64,000 nt of DNA, taken from Bugula neritina. Lineage: Eukaryota > Animalia > Bryozoa. The stretch spans positions 8,996,973 to 9,060,972 of the forward strand of contig OZ037770.1 in the NCBI GenBank assembly GCA_964035545.1, in the 5' to 3' direction. The position numbers and the translations under genes were made by a program. The notes beneath the pieces were generated by a model that saw only the letters and a list, made by a program, of their open reading frames with translations, was not told the DNA's origin and made no database searches. Numbering within the stretch: position 1 is the stretch's first letter; every line of letters starts with the position of its first letter. This document shows, in pieces, positions 1 to 13,200 of this stretch.

Positions 1-2104
1 GTTGTTTTATGGGTCTACATAAATTTGGTCTAGAGTATATTAACAAACTGTAAAAGCTAAAAAGCATATTGAAAATTTATTTGTCAAAAAAATTTATCAT
101 ACAAATATTACTTTTTTTCTAGAAAGTTAAGTATTTTCTGGCAATCAGAGTATTATAATTGCGCACCAACACTTATACATATTAGCATTAAATAACAATA
201 TCACTTTATTCGTTGGGTATTATTATTATAACCTATTTTAATAACCATAAACTCTAGTTTTTATCTTAATTATCTACCATGTTATAATTATGACATATTG
301 GTTGATTATTGATCACAGTTTCATTAGGAATAAGCTCAAGCAAGTTTTGTTGTCACCCAGCCATTAGGAAAATAATATGGTAACTATTCTAATATTAACA
401 ATTTACTAAAAATGCTGTTAACCAACACAGGGGTATAGAGCATTCCCATGAGGAATTAGGTTTCAATTTAGCTACTTAATTTATTTAAATTGCAACCTCC
501 AATGTTCATTTTGGACATGGGACTTTTTGTATATTTTTACTGAAAGCTTTACCGTTATTGTTTCCCCAACCATTAGTAGTTATATATATAACAGTTACAT
601 TCAATTTAAAATGTTGAAAAGAGAAAGAAGACAACCCCTGTACTCAAATCAAAACCTTATGCCATCAACTCTACAAAGTTGGGAACATTTAGCATGAAAC
701 TTGCATTGCAAAAAATAACTAAATTTTTTAGATGTACAACAGGTTTACTGTGGCTGATTACAAGCTTCCAATGAGGGAAAAACAAAGTTATGGGTGGTAA
801 ATGTACTTACAGTTAAATAAAAAAGCTGACAGCAAATTACATCAGCTGAGTTAATTGTATTTCCAACTTGTGCTATCTATATTATGAGAAAATAAACAAG
901 CTCATGCCCGCATTGGCTTTCTAACCCAAACTTTGTGCATGTGCGTATAAAGTGTAATTAAAATATACTTGCATAAAGAAGTAAACAGCAATTTATATTT
1001 TAGGCAAAAGCATAATGAACTATTTCTGTATTTGAGCAATAGTTCGTACAAGTAGAGCATGTACTCTTCATTTATAATACTTATCCTAAAATAACAGTGC
1101 ATATTTGAATGTTAATAAGCACTACATGTAATTTAAACAGCTGTAATAATAACCTATTGATTAACAAAATGTGTTTGTCAACATCTGTTCATTATCCTTT
1201 GAAAAGAAATGACCTGTCTCTTTGGGGCTGGCTGGGAATTTTAATGCACAATGGAACATGCCCATTCTTCACTATTTTCTTTGTTTTAAACTAAAACATT
1301 ATTTTTGTTCTGATGGGAGTGCTACTTGTTCTGTAGACATTTAATGTCTGGTGAGCTAGCACCAGCCACTACTTTAGAGTTATAAATTATATTGCAAATT
1401 TGTCTAAATTTGTCTCAGTCCAGCTAGATAATAAATAAAAGATTATAAAAGAAAAATAGTCAAAGAAGAACAAACGGTTTCATGAAGCTGGACTGTATGT
1501 TATAACTAAATAATATATTTTCTTATAACTACATGAGTGAAAGTTTCGTGCCTCTACATAGGATTGCAATTCTTAGCAAATCCAAATGGCTACACTACAA
1601 ACGTGATCATTTATGCATCTGGCTGTACTCAAAAAGTGGACCCTTTAAATATAACGCTTATGAGATTAGGCCATTACCGCAGCAACTTTTCATAGTAAGT
1701 TTAGCATTTTGACCACATGAAACTCACAAAATTAGCCTTCTGTGTATGAAAGTCAAACTCTTGTATTTATAACCGGCTAGCAACTTATAAACACATTATT
1801 CTCGACCATGTAATTTGAATCTTTTTTAAAAAGTGCAATGCTTTGTACTAACTGGCTAACAACTTATAAGTTATAGACTTATTGGTCTTGACCATGTCAT
1901 ATGAAAAACATTTTCAAAAAATGCAATGATCAGACTACAATGATGTATTTTAACTGTACTGATGAGAGGTCATGCAAAACAGTTGATTAATTTAATATTT
2001 TTGTAAATAATAAGAAATATTTTACCTATTTTGTAAATTTATAATTTCAACTAGGAATATTAAATCATTCACAAATAAAAAGTATCGCGTTTATTGTAAT
2101 TTAC

Positions 2105-2216
2105 CTGTCAGAGAATCATTCTTGGCAGATGTGTTAAGGTTAATTTCAAGGTCATTATACAGTTGACTGGGTTCAGTACTGCGCAAGGTTTCCTTGTTTC
2201 CTGATTTGTTGTTTTC
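2105..2216 (-). pseudogene. First coding exon of a fourth SLC16/MCT10-like paralogue (copy 0); start codon deleted, rest of gene lies left of the window
   Basis: Translates ENNKSGNKETLRSTEPSQLYNDLEINLNTSAKNDSLT and ends in a phase-1 GT donor (2103-2104), matching exon 1 of copies 1 and 2. The ATG and upstream acceptor present at 50650-50663 in copy 2 are missing. Confidence 0.75.
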
Positions 2217-2559
2217 CTGTATTGTGTTGTCAGCCCATTGATGACATATGACACCCTGCACAAGTGTGACAAGGTTTTATGTCACAGCTCTGACCAGTAA
2301 CAATAAAGCATTTTATTACATTAGCTGTGGAAACGAACTTATTATCAGCATTGAATAAAAGTGCTGAGTGGAATCAGTTCAGGAAAACAATGCATCTCTT
2401 GCAATCAATGTGATGACTGTTTTACGAATCAGACCTTGGTTTGGTTGCCACTCTCTACATGACTTTGTCCTTATAGCTGTCATTTTCCAAAAACTAAAAT
2501 TTTCCATTTCTTGTTTCTCACAGCAAAACTTTTTAAATCTGAGTCTAGACTGTCCTTGA

Positions 2560-2900
2560 TTTCTTTTTGTTTCTTCTGTTAACTAGGAGCTAAGCATTTT
2601 TTTGGTAATTGGTCATGTTCCATTTTGTGCACATGGCTTTACCATCTCAGGTTCTTTTCTATAAAAATGTCAGCCATGCATGGCAAGTTAGTATTCCATC
2701 ATCATGGTATACCATTTTACAGCCATCATGTGTCTCAATTTTCTCATCATAAAAGTGGTTAGCTTCTTCACTTGTGTCCTGTATACTATTGTCCATGCTC
2801 TATAACAGACATTACATTTAACTCTTATGGAGATATGTCTTTGCTTTACGTAGTCTTTGCTGGAGCTTTCTGTAAGCTTCACTTGCCTTACTCATTTACC
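2560..2900 (-). mobile_element. Old RTE-like LINE 3' fragment (paralogous copy near 51600-51970)
   Basis: The minus strand resembles the NLRW.GHV.RM...LPK region at the C-terminus of RTE ORFs (compare the 12411-12779 ORF). Heavily decayed; boundaries approximate. Confidence 0.5.
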
Positions 2901-4200
2901 TGCTACTTGCCTGAAGCTACTAGGCTCAGTAGATGAAGCAGAATGTAACAGAAAATTATAAATATAGCAATAATATAATGATAGTAAACCTTAAATTGAA
3001 TATATATAAATAAACTTAGCAATTTGTGATAATCTTTAGCAGTAAGAAAACCCTTACAAACAGAAAAGGTATTACAATAACTATAGTAGTGTTTTTATAG
3101 TCATAAATTAATCACATGAAAATAATGTTATAACTATAATTATATATCTGAGCTGCTGCTCACTAGTCCATGAGTCTGCAGCTTCACTCATTTTCTATTC
3201 AGAATTATTCTTCTGCATTTAGTAATCTCAAATTTAAGTTGGATTTTATGGCCACAGGATTATCCTAAACCTAATTTCAGTCTTTTTAGCAGCTACACTG
3301 CTCTATATTGTGCATACACAGCAATAACTTATAAAGAGAGGACAACTTCTTGTTTCAAAAGACCATGAGCCTTTCATATAAAGCAAATAGGCAGTCAAAT
3401 TGATAAATGCTATAGTAATAGATGAGCTTTCAGTTTAGAATGTTGTTGTTTGTTTAGAGTTTGTAGTATATAGGCAAGTTGTAAAACAAAAAATAGATTA
3501 AGGTGAAGTGACATTCTTTTGTGGGTAAAACCAAGTTACAATTATGCATATTATAGTGATGCGACACAATTGTTTTTTTTTTTAGTAAAGTAAGTTGAAT
3601 ATAAAAATCAATGGTTGAACACTGTTTGGTAAGTTTTATACAAAACATTATTTTTCATATAGCGCAAAGTAAAACAAAAATACAAACTTATAGCATGCAA
3701 TAAATTGATTGAACAGGAACAAAAACACATAGAGCTGTGTTTCCCATGTTTTAGCAGTTGAATATGAATATTGTGGCTTTATTGTAGAAAATAAACCTAA
3801 TTTATAATATATATGCGCATGTTTTTTTGTAAGAATAAAAAAAATTTTTGGCTATAGGTACAGCATAATGTTGAATGCATGAAAATAAAAGTTTAAATTC
3901 AAAATGACATTGCCTGATTAATTTTGCTTTTGGATTGCCTAACGATAAACTGCAAAATATAATAAAATTATATTACAGGTTAACATTGCATTGGGACATG
4001 CATAGCTATTTACTTGAAGTTTATCTGTAAAATTTTTATTTAGCTTCATGAGAGTTGGACATCTATAAGAATGTTACTAAAACTATAGACTAAAAATACT
4101 TTAACTTGTCAGATGTATTTGAGCATTCATTGGAGACTTGTCTTACAAGTAGAAAATAACAGTATCTGGTAGAGGACTGTCAAAACATACGCATCTTGTT

Positions 4201-7200
4201 CTACTCAACATTTTCAGCCACTTGATCATTCTACAAAAAGAGTAAAGCATTTAGAGTGGTTTGTCAACATAATTTTTTTTTAAATGAGAATTTTATTTAA
4301 TATATTATATATATATATATCTATATGTATATGTATATATGTATTCAAGTTGGAAATAATTTTATATTTAGCCCAGAGTTTACTGTTAAAAGCCTTAGTA
4401 ATTATTTTTATAATTTCACATATTATCTTTTCAATCCAAATTGAGAATAAAATTAAATTATTATATATTTTTCAAGACTATGGGTTCACAAATCGCATTG
4501 CAAATTTCGAACTTCTTTTATGCTTAAGGCAGTAAAAAATTCAACAACTACAAAAATAAGTTAAAACTATCGCCAACTAAAAGATTTAATTCCTTCTTTG
4601 TAGTCAACACAGTCAACAGGGAGAAGCTGTGGTCTAGGGATTAGAACGCTTGTCTAGTAAACACAAATTCATGGGTTCAAACCCAACCAAGGCCATTGGT
4701 GATGTTAGGGAGAGCATCCAGTAATAATTGCTCTTGTGCCACATCTGACTAAGTCCTTAGCACAACTTAACAAAAGCATTTTCCATCAGGGTTTCTCACT
4801 TGCATGAGTTTTTTTACACTCAAAGTATTGTATGACTAGACTGTTCTCATTACAATTCAATCACCTCATTTTGTTTCGGTTTTTCCAATAAATCTTGTTT
4901 AGTGGGCAGTCCAATAGTTTCACCTCCGTTTGCAGTTGTAAAGGCTATTGTACTTATATCTGTAAAATAAATCAAAACTATTACTCAATACTAATTAACT
5001 TGTGCTGTTTTTAAAGACCAACCAAAACCTCTTTTAATTTAAAATAATATGAAGAAATATGGATGTAACACAAATCAATCATGTATTTTTAGCAGTGAAT
5101 TGTTTATTTCAAATGAGACCAGAACATTGCCATCTGCCTTAGAATAAACTACAATATAACATTCAGCAGGACAAGTCCATGATTCCATTACCTGGTTTTA
5201 GCTATCACCATTAATTTATAGATAGTTAAAAATATATAAAACTGCGAGCATACTTAAGGGTTGATGTCCATCAGATACTGTAAAGTTGTGAGGACTCCAC
5301 TGGTTTCTACTCCCACCAACCCGAGACTTTATCTTTGGTAAGAAGAAAATTATAGCTGCCCCGATAATTGGAAGGACTCCAGCAAAATAGAAAGCGTAGT
5401 CATAGTTAGAGGTTTGGTCATATATCCAACCTATGAATGAGAGTAAGAATTGTGAAAAGCATTAGGCAGAGCAAATTAGCAGAGCAAAATTAGCTTACAA
5501 TACAGGATATAGTAACTACAAAAGCAATTAGGTAAAAAGATTTAGACATTGTCAGAGTATATTACAACTTTCTTATATGATCTTCCTATTACAGCAAGTT
5601 AGCATTCAATTTGATTGACTGATTAGAACAGCTCAACTGGAATGTATTCAACTCGTACACTTCCTTTGCAACATGCTTACATATTGGACATATATCAAAT
5701 AGAACATATATTTAATTACTGTGGTGACCTGGCTGGCCTTTAAAGCACCAAAATAATAAAATCAAACAAATCTTCTCAAGACAATACTTTGTTACCATAA
5801 ATTATAAAGATTTGATCACTCATTCACCATTTTAGCTTTAAAATAAGTATATTATTGATTGCTTCTCCAAGTATGAGAAAATTTAGAAGAATCCCAAGTC
5901 AAAAAGATTATTTTTTTACCAAAATCATATTTCCCAAAACATGGTATTGTGGTAAATATTAGAGTTACCCTCTCTTCTTACAAACTATCATAAGAGCGCC
6001 AATTTAACGCATACACTTGGTTGGGTTCATTTTTGCTGATTCATGTAAACCGACAGTTGGACCAAGTTCTGCTCGGGGGTGCCGACAGACCCAATGTCGG
6101 TTGCCGACATGACCAGTGTTGGTCGCCGACATGACAACTGTCGGCATACCCGGCTGAACTTCGGCCCGCAGTCGGTCAAAGGTTCTAGAAGCCTTTTGTC
6201 CTGTTAATAAAAAAGGAAGCCCATTTCGAGCTTCAGTCACCTGAGAACTGGAGCTCGGACTGGAAGGATCAAGGATACAATAAAGATACAGCACACACAC
6301 TGTTTCAACACTCTCTCTTGTCTCTTCTATAACAAGGAGTTATGTTCTCTGCCTGATTTCATTCAATAGCCCACAAGTTACTACAGTATGTATACTCAAA
6401 CTTTGTTGCTAACACTGCTTTATTTAGTCAACCACTTTCGACAAATTCAGAAACATTACTAAATTTCTCAACATTTTTCTTTCAAAACACAGGCTTTTCT
6501 CAATTTCTCCATTAATTACTACACTTACCTCTAATCAAAATATAACAAAAAAAATTGTAGTTCATTAAGTTATTTCCTAATCAAGTGTTGAAGAAGCTCA
6601 CTGAAGTACAAGCTAAATTAAAAAAGTTCATTTTTTAATTTATGCACAAAAGATCAGAAAAAGCTGCATGTATACTAAATTAAAACCCCGATTCTTTTGC
6701 TTTAAGTATTGTCTGAATTTTAATCTTTTCTCATGTATACATTGAAAATCAATGATTGATATACTTATTTTAAAGCTAAAATGGTGAACAAGTGACCAAA
6801 TATCTATAACTTATGACAAAATCTATGTTAGGCAATGTTGAGAAAAGCTAGCAACATTAAATTAATGCTGACTATCTAATTTGCATATTTAGTAAGAAAT
6901 AGGCTCAGATATACTGGTAAGTCATATATAATATTATAATATAGACTAAGGTTTTACCTCCTATCATAGGCCCTGTCATAATGGGTATTGAAATCACAGC
7001 CAATAAAAACCCCACAGCCTGAGATGCATTTTGTGATCCAACAAGATCAAAAGCTATTGGTGCTTGTAAGCATACCAGACACCCATCAGTGATGCCAAGG
7101 ATTATACACACACCAATGAGACCTAAAAAGTTCAACAAGTAAGCTAGAAATGTTATATACTTTTTAGTGTTTAGTGTCTCAGTTATAGGTTTACTATTGA

Positions 7201-10200
7201 CGCCAATATGGGATACATTTTCTTTGATAAAATAAAGTAACAAAGTGGAGTTATGAAACATCCTTAACAGCTCTTACCTTTAAACCTCTGCAGCAAACTC
7301 AATAGCCTATATGTGCGTATGTATTGTTCATTTATATATTTTATTATACGTTATTTATTGTAAATATTTCAGAATTGCAACATACAAACAGCTCACCTTC
7401 AAATACAGGTATGAGTGGAATAGTTAATGTAGCAGCACCAAAGAGCACTATAGCCACCTGCTGAAAGTGTACTCTGTTGACACATGCCATGTCACCTAGC
7501 TTGCCACTCACCAACCTGCCCACACCTGACACACCACCTATTGTCATTATCAGTATCTCTCCATTCTTTTCAGGAAACCTTTGACGGACATAGTTATTCT
7601 AAAATCAAAAACGCTTACAGGCTAATTATACAATAGGTGACAAAATAATGAAATGCTGCTAGACTACCACTATGTTTATGATAGGTTTATATATAGTATA
7701 GTATTATGCCTGTAGTAGTCAGGACAAGATATTAAAACAAAAGCGCTTACAAACTGATCACATAACAGGTGATAAAGTTTCTTCCAATGAATAAAAGCAG
7801 GCATCATGTCACTATTATAATAATATCTTAGTTTTGTAGTATTTGTGTTATTCAGCTGAAGACAAAGTCTCAAACAGAAGCAGACTGTGTGATCAGCTGA
7901 AAATTTTCATCTTCTGAAAAACATTAAAAATTTAACTGTTGTTTCTACTGTATGTTACCTAAACTAAAATATATAGTTTATCATAATCATAATCCTGGTG
8001 TTTTCCCATTAATTAGTTCATTTTTTATGGAATACTCACAATATGTACAAGTGGTATAAAGTATCCAAAGAAAGCGAATGTTAGCCCAGAAAGCCATATT
8101 ACATAGCCTCTGTTCTTCCATATATCAACATTGAGATAACGCTTTAGCAATGCCCGACATTTAGTTACTTCTTTTCTAGTTTTATCATTAACAGGCTTTG
8201 TGAACTCTGTTGATGAGAAAGCAGTTTGTGAACTAAAACATTTAAAACATTAAAAATGTATCTAAAAGGTTTTTGGACAATAAATTTCGGCATACAAAAA
8301 TGAAAATGACAGAGACAAGTGCTGAATGTTGGAAAGTAGAGCTAGAGTACTAATAATAGTAACTGAGACCTCTAGTATTGCAAACCACCGAGTGGCTGGC
8401 TGACATTACTTATGTATGCAATAAAGTAGTATTTTAAAATTAGCTCACATGCTTCCAAAGTCACCCTGCATCTTTGTATGCATAGACAGTCAGTGATAAA
8501 TTATGCATACAGCTAGTAACATTAAGGATTCTGTAATGTAATTTAACGACGACATGTTGTTGTTAAAGCCTCTGTTTGGTTAATAGTTGCTATAATTTAC
8601 TTTTTATCATCATCTACTTTTTTCGATTGGCCTATTTACATTTGCTTCTTAGAATTATTCTGACTATTTCATTTCATACCTCTTGACAACTTCTTCTTTT
8701 TTGGAGTTATCATCTCGCTTAATAAGAGGTTTAAATACAAGTCCACAGAGGATCATTGTAGCTACCAGCCCACTTTCTATCTGCAGAGTGAAGGCTAGAC
8801 CTTTGTTTTCCAGCAGATACTTTAATAGGAATGGTAAGACTACAACAATATAATTTAGGTTTTATATAGTAACAGAGTAGACATGTCCCTTGTCTGTATA
8901 ATGAGTGCTGGTAGCATAGCATGTATTATACTAGAAATAATAAGATTACAAAATAGCACGAAAATACAGTCATGCAGTTGTATAATGATTATATGGCAAC
9001 AGTCAGCCCTCAAACATATACAGCTTGCTGGATTTTTAAAATTAGATTTATAGCTTTCCTGGGTTGATATTATAACTGTTACACATTTTGCCTTGTTTAG
9101 ACTGCTTTGCATTGCTACATTTAAAGTGACAAATTTTTTCACTAGCTTTACATATTTATATAATTCTTGATGCCTACACACACAGCAACCTTAGCAATGG
9201 TAGTTACTTGTGTAACACAAAATTAACAAGGTATATTATGTGATAAAGCAAGCCAAGCAAGCCTGGGATTTCAAATTTAATAATTCATTATATGGTAATT
9301 GACTAAACGCTTCCTTTTGGGAGTTTTTCTAGTTTACGCTTTTCCACCTGAAGTTTTAGTGTCTTTCAAAACATTTTAAAAAACTTTTAATTTGACTTTA
9401 ATTTCAGATAATACCAAATCTAAAACTCAAGAAAGTCAAAGAATTTAACCCACTTGTCTCAAAATTCTACTTTGTAAATTGACTGGTTGTTTGTTGCCAT
9501 TTTTCTAACTAATTCAACTCAATTTGCAACAGAATAGAACAGATTTGCTTTAGTAGTGAAGGACGTGAAGCTTTTGGACTGGTGCCAAGTCCTGGGGATT
9601 TTCCTATCACAGCTGTTTCTTGTTACGTTGAAGTTATTAATAAGTGCATATCTTAAAGCACACTTCAATCAGACTGCTTAGCATTCTATTATAATAATAC
9701 TTGTAGTTTTTATTATACTGTATATGGAATCAGCCAAAGTATATAAGTTGTGAAATTACCTATTGTAAATATAGCACTTCCTGTAGTAACTATTCCATTT
9801 ACCAGAGACATTCTTTTCTTAAAGTAATGTCCTAATATAACAAGACTTCCTGAATATATGAATGAAGATCCAGTTCCAAACATTACACCATACGTCAGAT
9901 ACAGCACACTCAGACTCTAAAAGTAGCAAAGATCATACATTTATTGAAATATTTACTGTGTATACCTTGAGATACTCTGAAATAGCAAAAATAAATAAGG
10001 TTTTAATTCGTTAACTTTATAACTATATTGTTGAATTTTTAAGTTGCTTTAGTTTTTTATAAAGTGTATGTTGAAGTTTCTATTGTAAACGAAAATTTTG
10101 GCATTTGTTTTCTTTTAGCTAAAGGGAAACTGCACACTTGCTACTCAATAAAGTTGTACAAAATGTAAAGATTCATTAATATAATAATCTATAATGTCAA

Positions 10201-13200
10201 TTATTGGACACAAACATTCCTAGACTGTAGCAATTATAGAAGTTGAACAAAAGCTATGCAGTCCTTTTGAATTATATTCATGGAGATCATATACAATAAT
10301 TGTGTGCAACAATAACAGAGCTCAAATAAAATGCATCTTTACTACTTTAATGTTCTACTAATTCAAATTATAGAACAAAGTAGTGACACTTTAGCTGCTT
10401 TTTGATTTGCAATATAAATTGAGCTTAATTTCTTATTTAGGATAAAATCAATGTTCAAAATGTTTAAAATATTTAGTTAAACAGACAAACAAGCAAATAA
10501 TTTTTTGATTTATTTTTAATAAATCATCTTCAGCTTGGAGAATACAGATTTTACTCAAACATAGATTTTAGCCATTTATAATACAATTGGCTCATACTTT
10601 GACAAAGGATGAAGAGAGTAGACCAATAAAAGACAGGATAGCTCCAGCTACTGCTACTTTTTTGATCCCCAGTTGATCAGCTGCTATTGATGATATCATA
10701 GAAGTGAAGAATGTCATGAAGAGAGTGATGGAGGCAATCAGTGCTGTAACATAACTTAAATATATTATTCAATAGCTGAATAAATTTGTGAAAATGAATT
10801 GAGTAAGATTAATGTTTGATTTAGGTTTTTTTTTCTGTTATAGTAATCAATTTAACTTTGCTAAAAATGGTTATATTATGCTTAAAAGCTGGTTTGATGA
10901 ACACTCCATAGAACTACAAGACCTATTAAGTGAGAGGAACCTAGCATGTTCCGCTGTCATTAACTGATCGACCAGGAAAACCAAAGGAAGGTACAAGGAA
11001 TGTAACAGAGCACTTCAAAAGAAATGCCGTGAACTAAGGAACAAATGGTGGCAAGACAAGGCAGCTGAACTGTAGGAACTGGCTAACTTAAATGACATGA
11101 GAGGCTTCTACGAAAACATGAAGGCAGTCTGGGGTACACGTGTAAACCACCCAGACCAACTGTTTGACAAGGAAAGCCACACCCTCCTCACCAAGAGAGA
11201 TGATTTGATGCAGAGATGGACAGAGCACTTCCGAACACCTCTAAATGAAACAGGAAATGTGGAACCTGACATCACCAGTCACATACACCAGCAGCCAATC
11301 CAAGAATGGATGAATGAATGTCCCAATGTCACAGAGGTTAAGAGAGCTGTAAATGCACTCTCTAACAGGAAGTCACCAGGAATTGATGGTATTCATCTTG
11401 AGCTGTTGAAGAAAGGTGGTGCGGAGCTTATACTAAGGCTTTCTGAACTCATCACAGAGTCATGGAGAAACGAAGAAGTACCACGAGATTGGAAAGACGC
11501 ACAGCTAGTCACGATCTTCAAGAAAGGAGACAGGCGCATTTGCGGAAATTACCGTGGCATCTCACTACTCTCTATTCCAGGGAAGGTATTTGCCCGTATA
11601 TTACTCAATAGACTCACGCAACACGTAGGACAGTTTCTCCCAGAAGCTCAGTGCGGTTTTCGGGCAGGCAGAGGCACCCCGGACATGATATTCTCACTAA
11701 GACAGATTCAGGAAAAGTGCATAGAACAGAATATGCCTCTATATACATGATCTTTGTAGATTTCACCAAGGCATTCGACACAGTAAACTGAACGACATTG
11801 TGGATGGTTCTAAGAAAGCTTGGCTGCCCAGACCAGTTCACTAACCTGATTGCAGCTCTACATACAGGAATGAAAGCCTCTGTCAACCTGAAAGGAGATC
11901 TCTCAGCACCAATTGAGATCACAAACAGTGTAAAACAAGGCTGCGTGCTGGCTCCGACCCTGTTCTCTATCTATTTCACCATGGTTTTGAATCATGCTTT
12001 TGATGGCTATGATAAAGGTGCATGGATTCCATCAAGAACTGGCGCTGACTTGTTCAATGTCAACCAATTCAAATCTTCCACCAGAACAAGAAAGGTACTC
12101 ATCAGGGAACTCATGTTTGCTGATGACACTGCCATTGTTGCCCACTACCATCAGCGGGCTCAAGAAAGTATCACCCCTTTTGCAAAATCTGCCAAAGACT
12201 TTGGACTAAAGATAAATATAACCAAAACAGAGATGATGTATCAACCACCACCAGGAAAACATGATGAGGGAGAAAAGATCAGTATAGATGGAGAAATTCT
12301 CAACACAGTCAAGAACTTCAAGTACCTTGGCTCAACTATCACAAACAACAACAAACTTGATCAAGAACTCCAATTGAGAATGTCAAAAGCGTCACGAACC
12401 AAGACAAAATGTGCAGTCTACCAAGCCATTGCTTCTATCTTATACACTGCTATATGGAGTGGAGTCATGGACAGTCTATGAGATCACGGCACACAAGCTG
12501 AATGCCTTTCTTATGAATCAACTAAGACAGATATTGTCAGTGAAATGGTGGCACTTTGTATCTAATATGAAGATCCTCCAGAAAACCAACACTACTAGTC
12601 TATATGACACCCTCATCCAAAGAAATCTAAGATGGGCCGGACATATCAACGGATTAGACAACACCAGGATCCCAAAACAGGTTTTATACTCACAGCTAAC
12701 AGACATTGGCAGACCGAGGCTCCGTTACAAAGATACCATTAAACGCAACCTTAAAGACAAGGAGATATCTCTCAGTTAATGGCAAATGCTGTCACTTGAC
12801 AGACGCAGATGGAGACTAATGATACACCAGAAGTTATAGACGGACACGACAGACAGCAAGATGATGCTTAAAAGCTAAAGTCACTTGTAAGTCAAAGACC
12901 AACACACAAAATTTGTTTTATTTGCTAAAAACATGAGAATATGTAAGTATTGCACATATATTGTGCTGCTCAGTGAGATTAATGCTATTTTATGTTATGC
13001 TAATTATTAGGTCAAAGTTAGCTTCAGCTCAATTAAATTATCTGCCATACAAACTACTACTAGCTCTTGCTTGTTTTACAACAAATAATTATCCAGCATA
13101 GTTACAGTCATAATACTACAGTAAGAACAGACAAGAGTCAAAAGTATCAAGAGGTATGATGGAGTTGTTGCCCCTGTTCAATATGGACAATGTTTAAATC

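Larger units (their letters stand above)
1..5460. repeat. Segmental duplication: copy 0 intron 1/exon 1 + intergenic + copy 1 3' end, paralogous to 48380-57020
   Basis: Position 1 (gttgttttatgggtctacataaatttggtc...) recurs at 48380. Collinear high similarity continues through non-coding DNA, apart from a 631-bp deletion at 2216/2217, the 54098-56646 insertion and smaller local differences. Confidence 0.9.

Noticed and set aside
902-4535. Short AT-rich ORFs from the ORF track here and in other introns
   Set aside because: No recognisable motifs, and their frames are mostly not preserved between paralogous copies.
4619-4700. tRNA gene
   Set aside because: A and B boxes are present but there is no convincing cloverleaf, and it is attached to a repeated SINE body found four times in the window.
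9540-9680. Conserved intronic ncRNA or hidden exon (also ~43260 and ~60010; similar block in intron 1 at ~1600, 15420, 50040)
   Set aside because: Similarity is not clearly above that of the surrounding recently duplicated intron, and no splice signals or snoRNA boxes could be supported.
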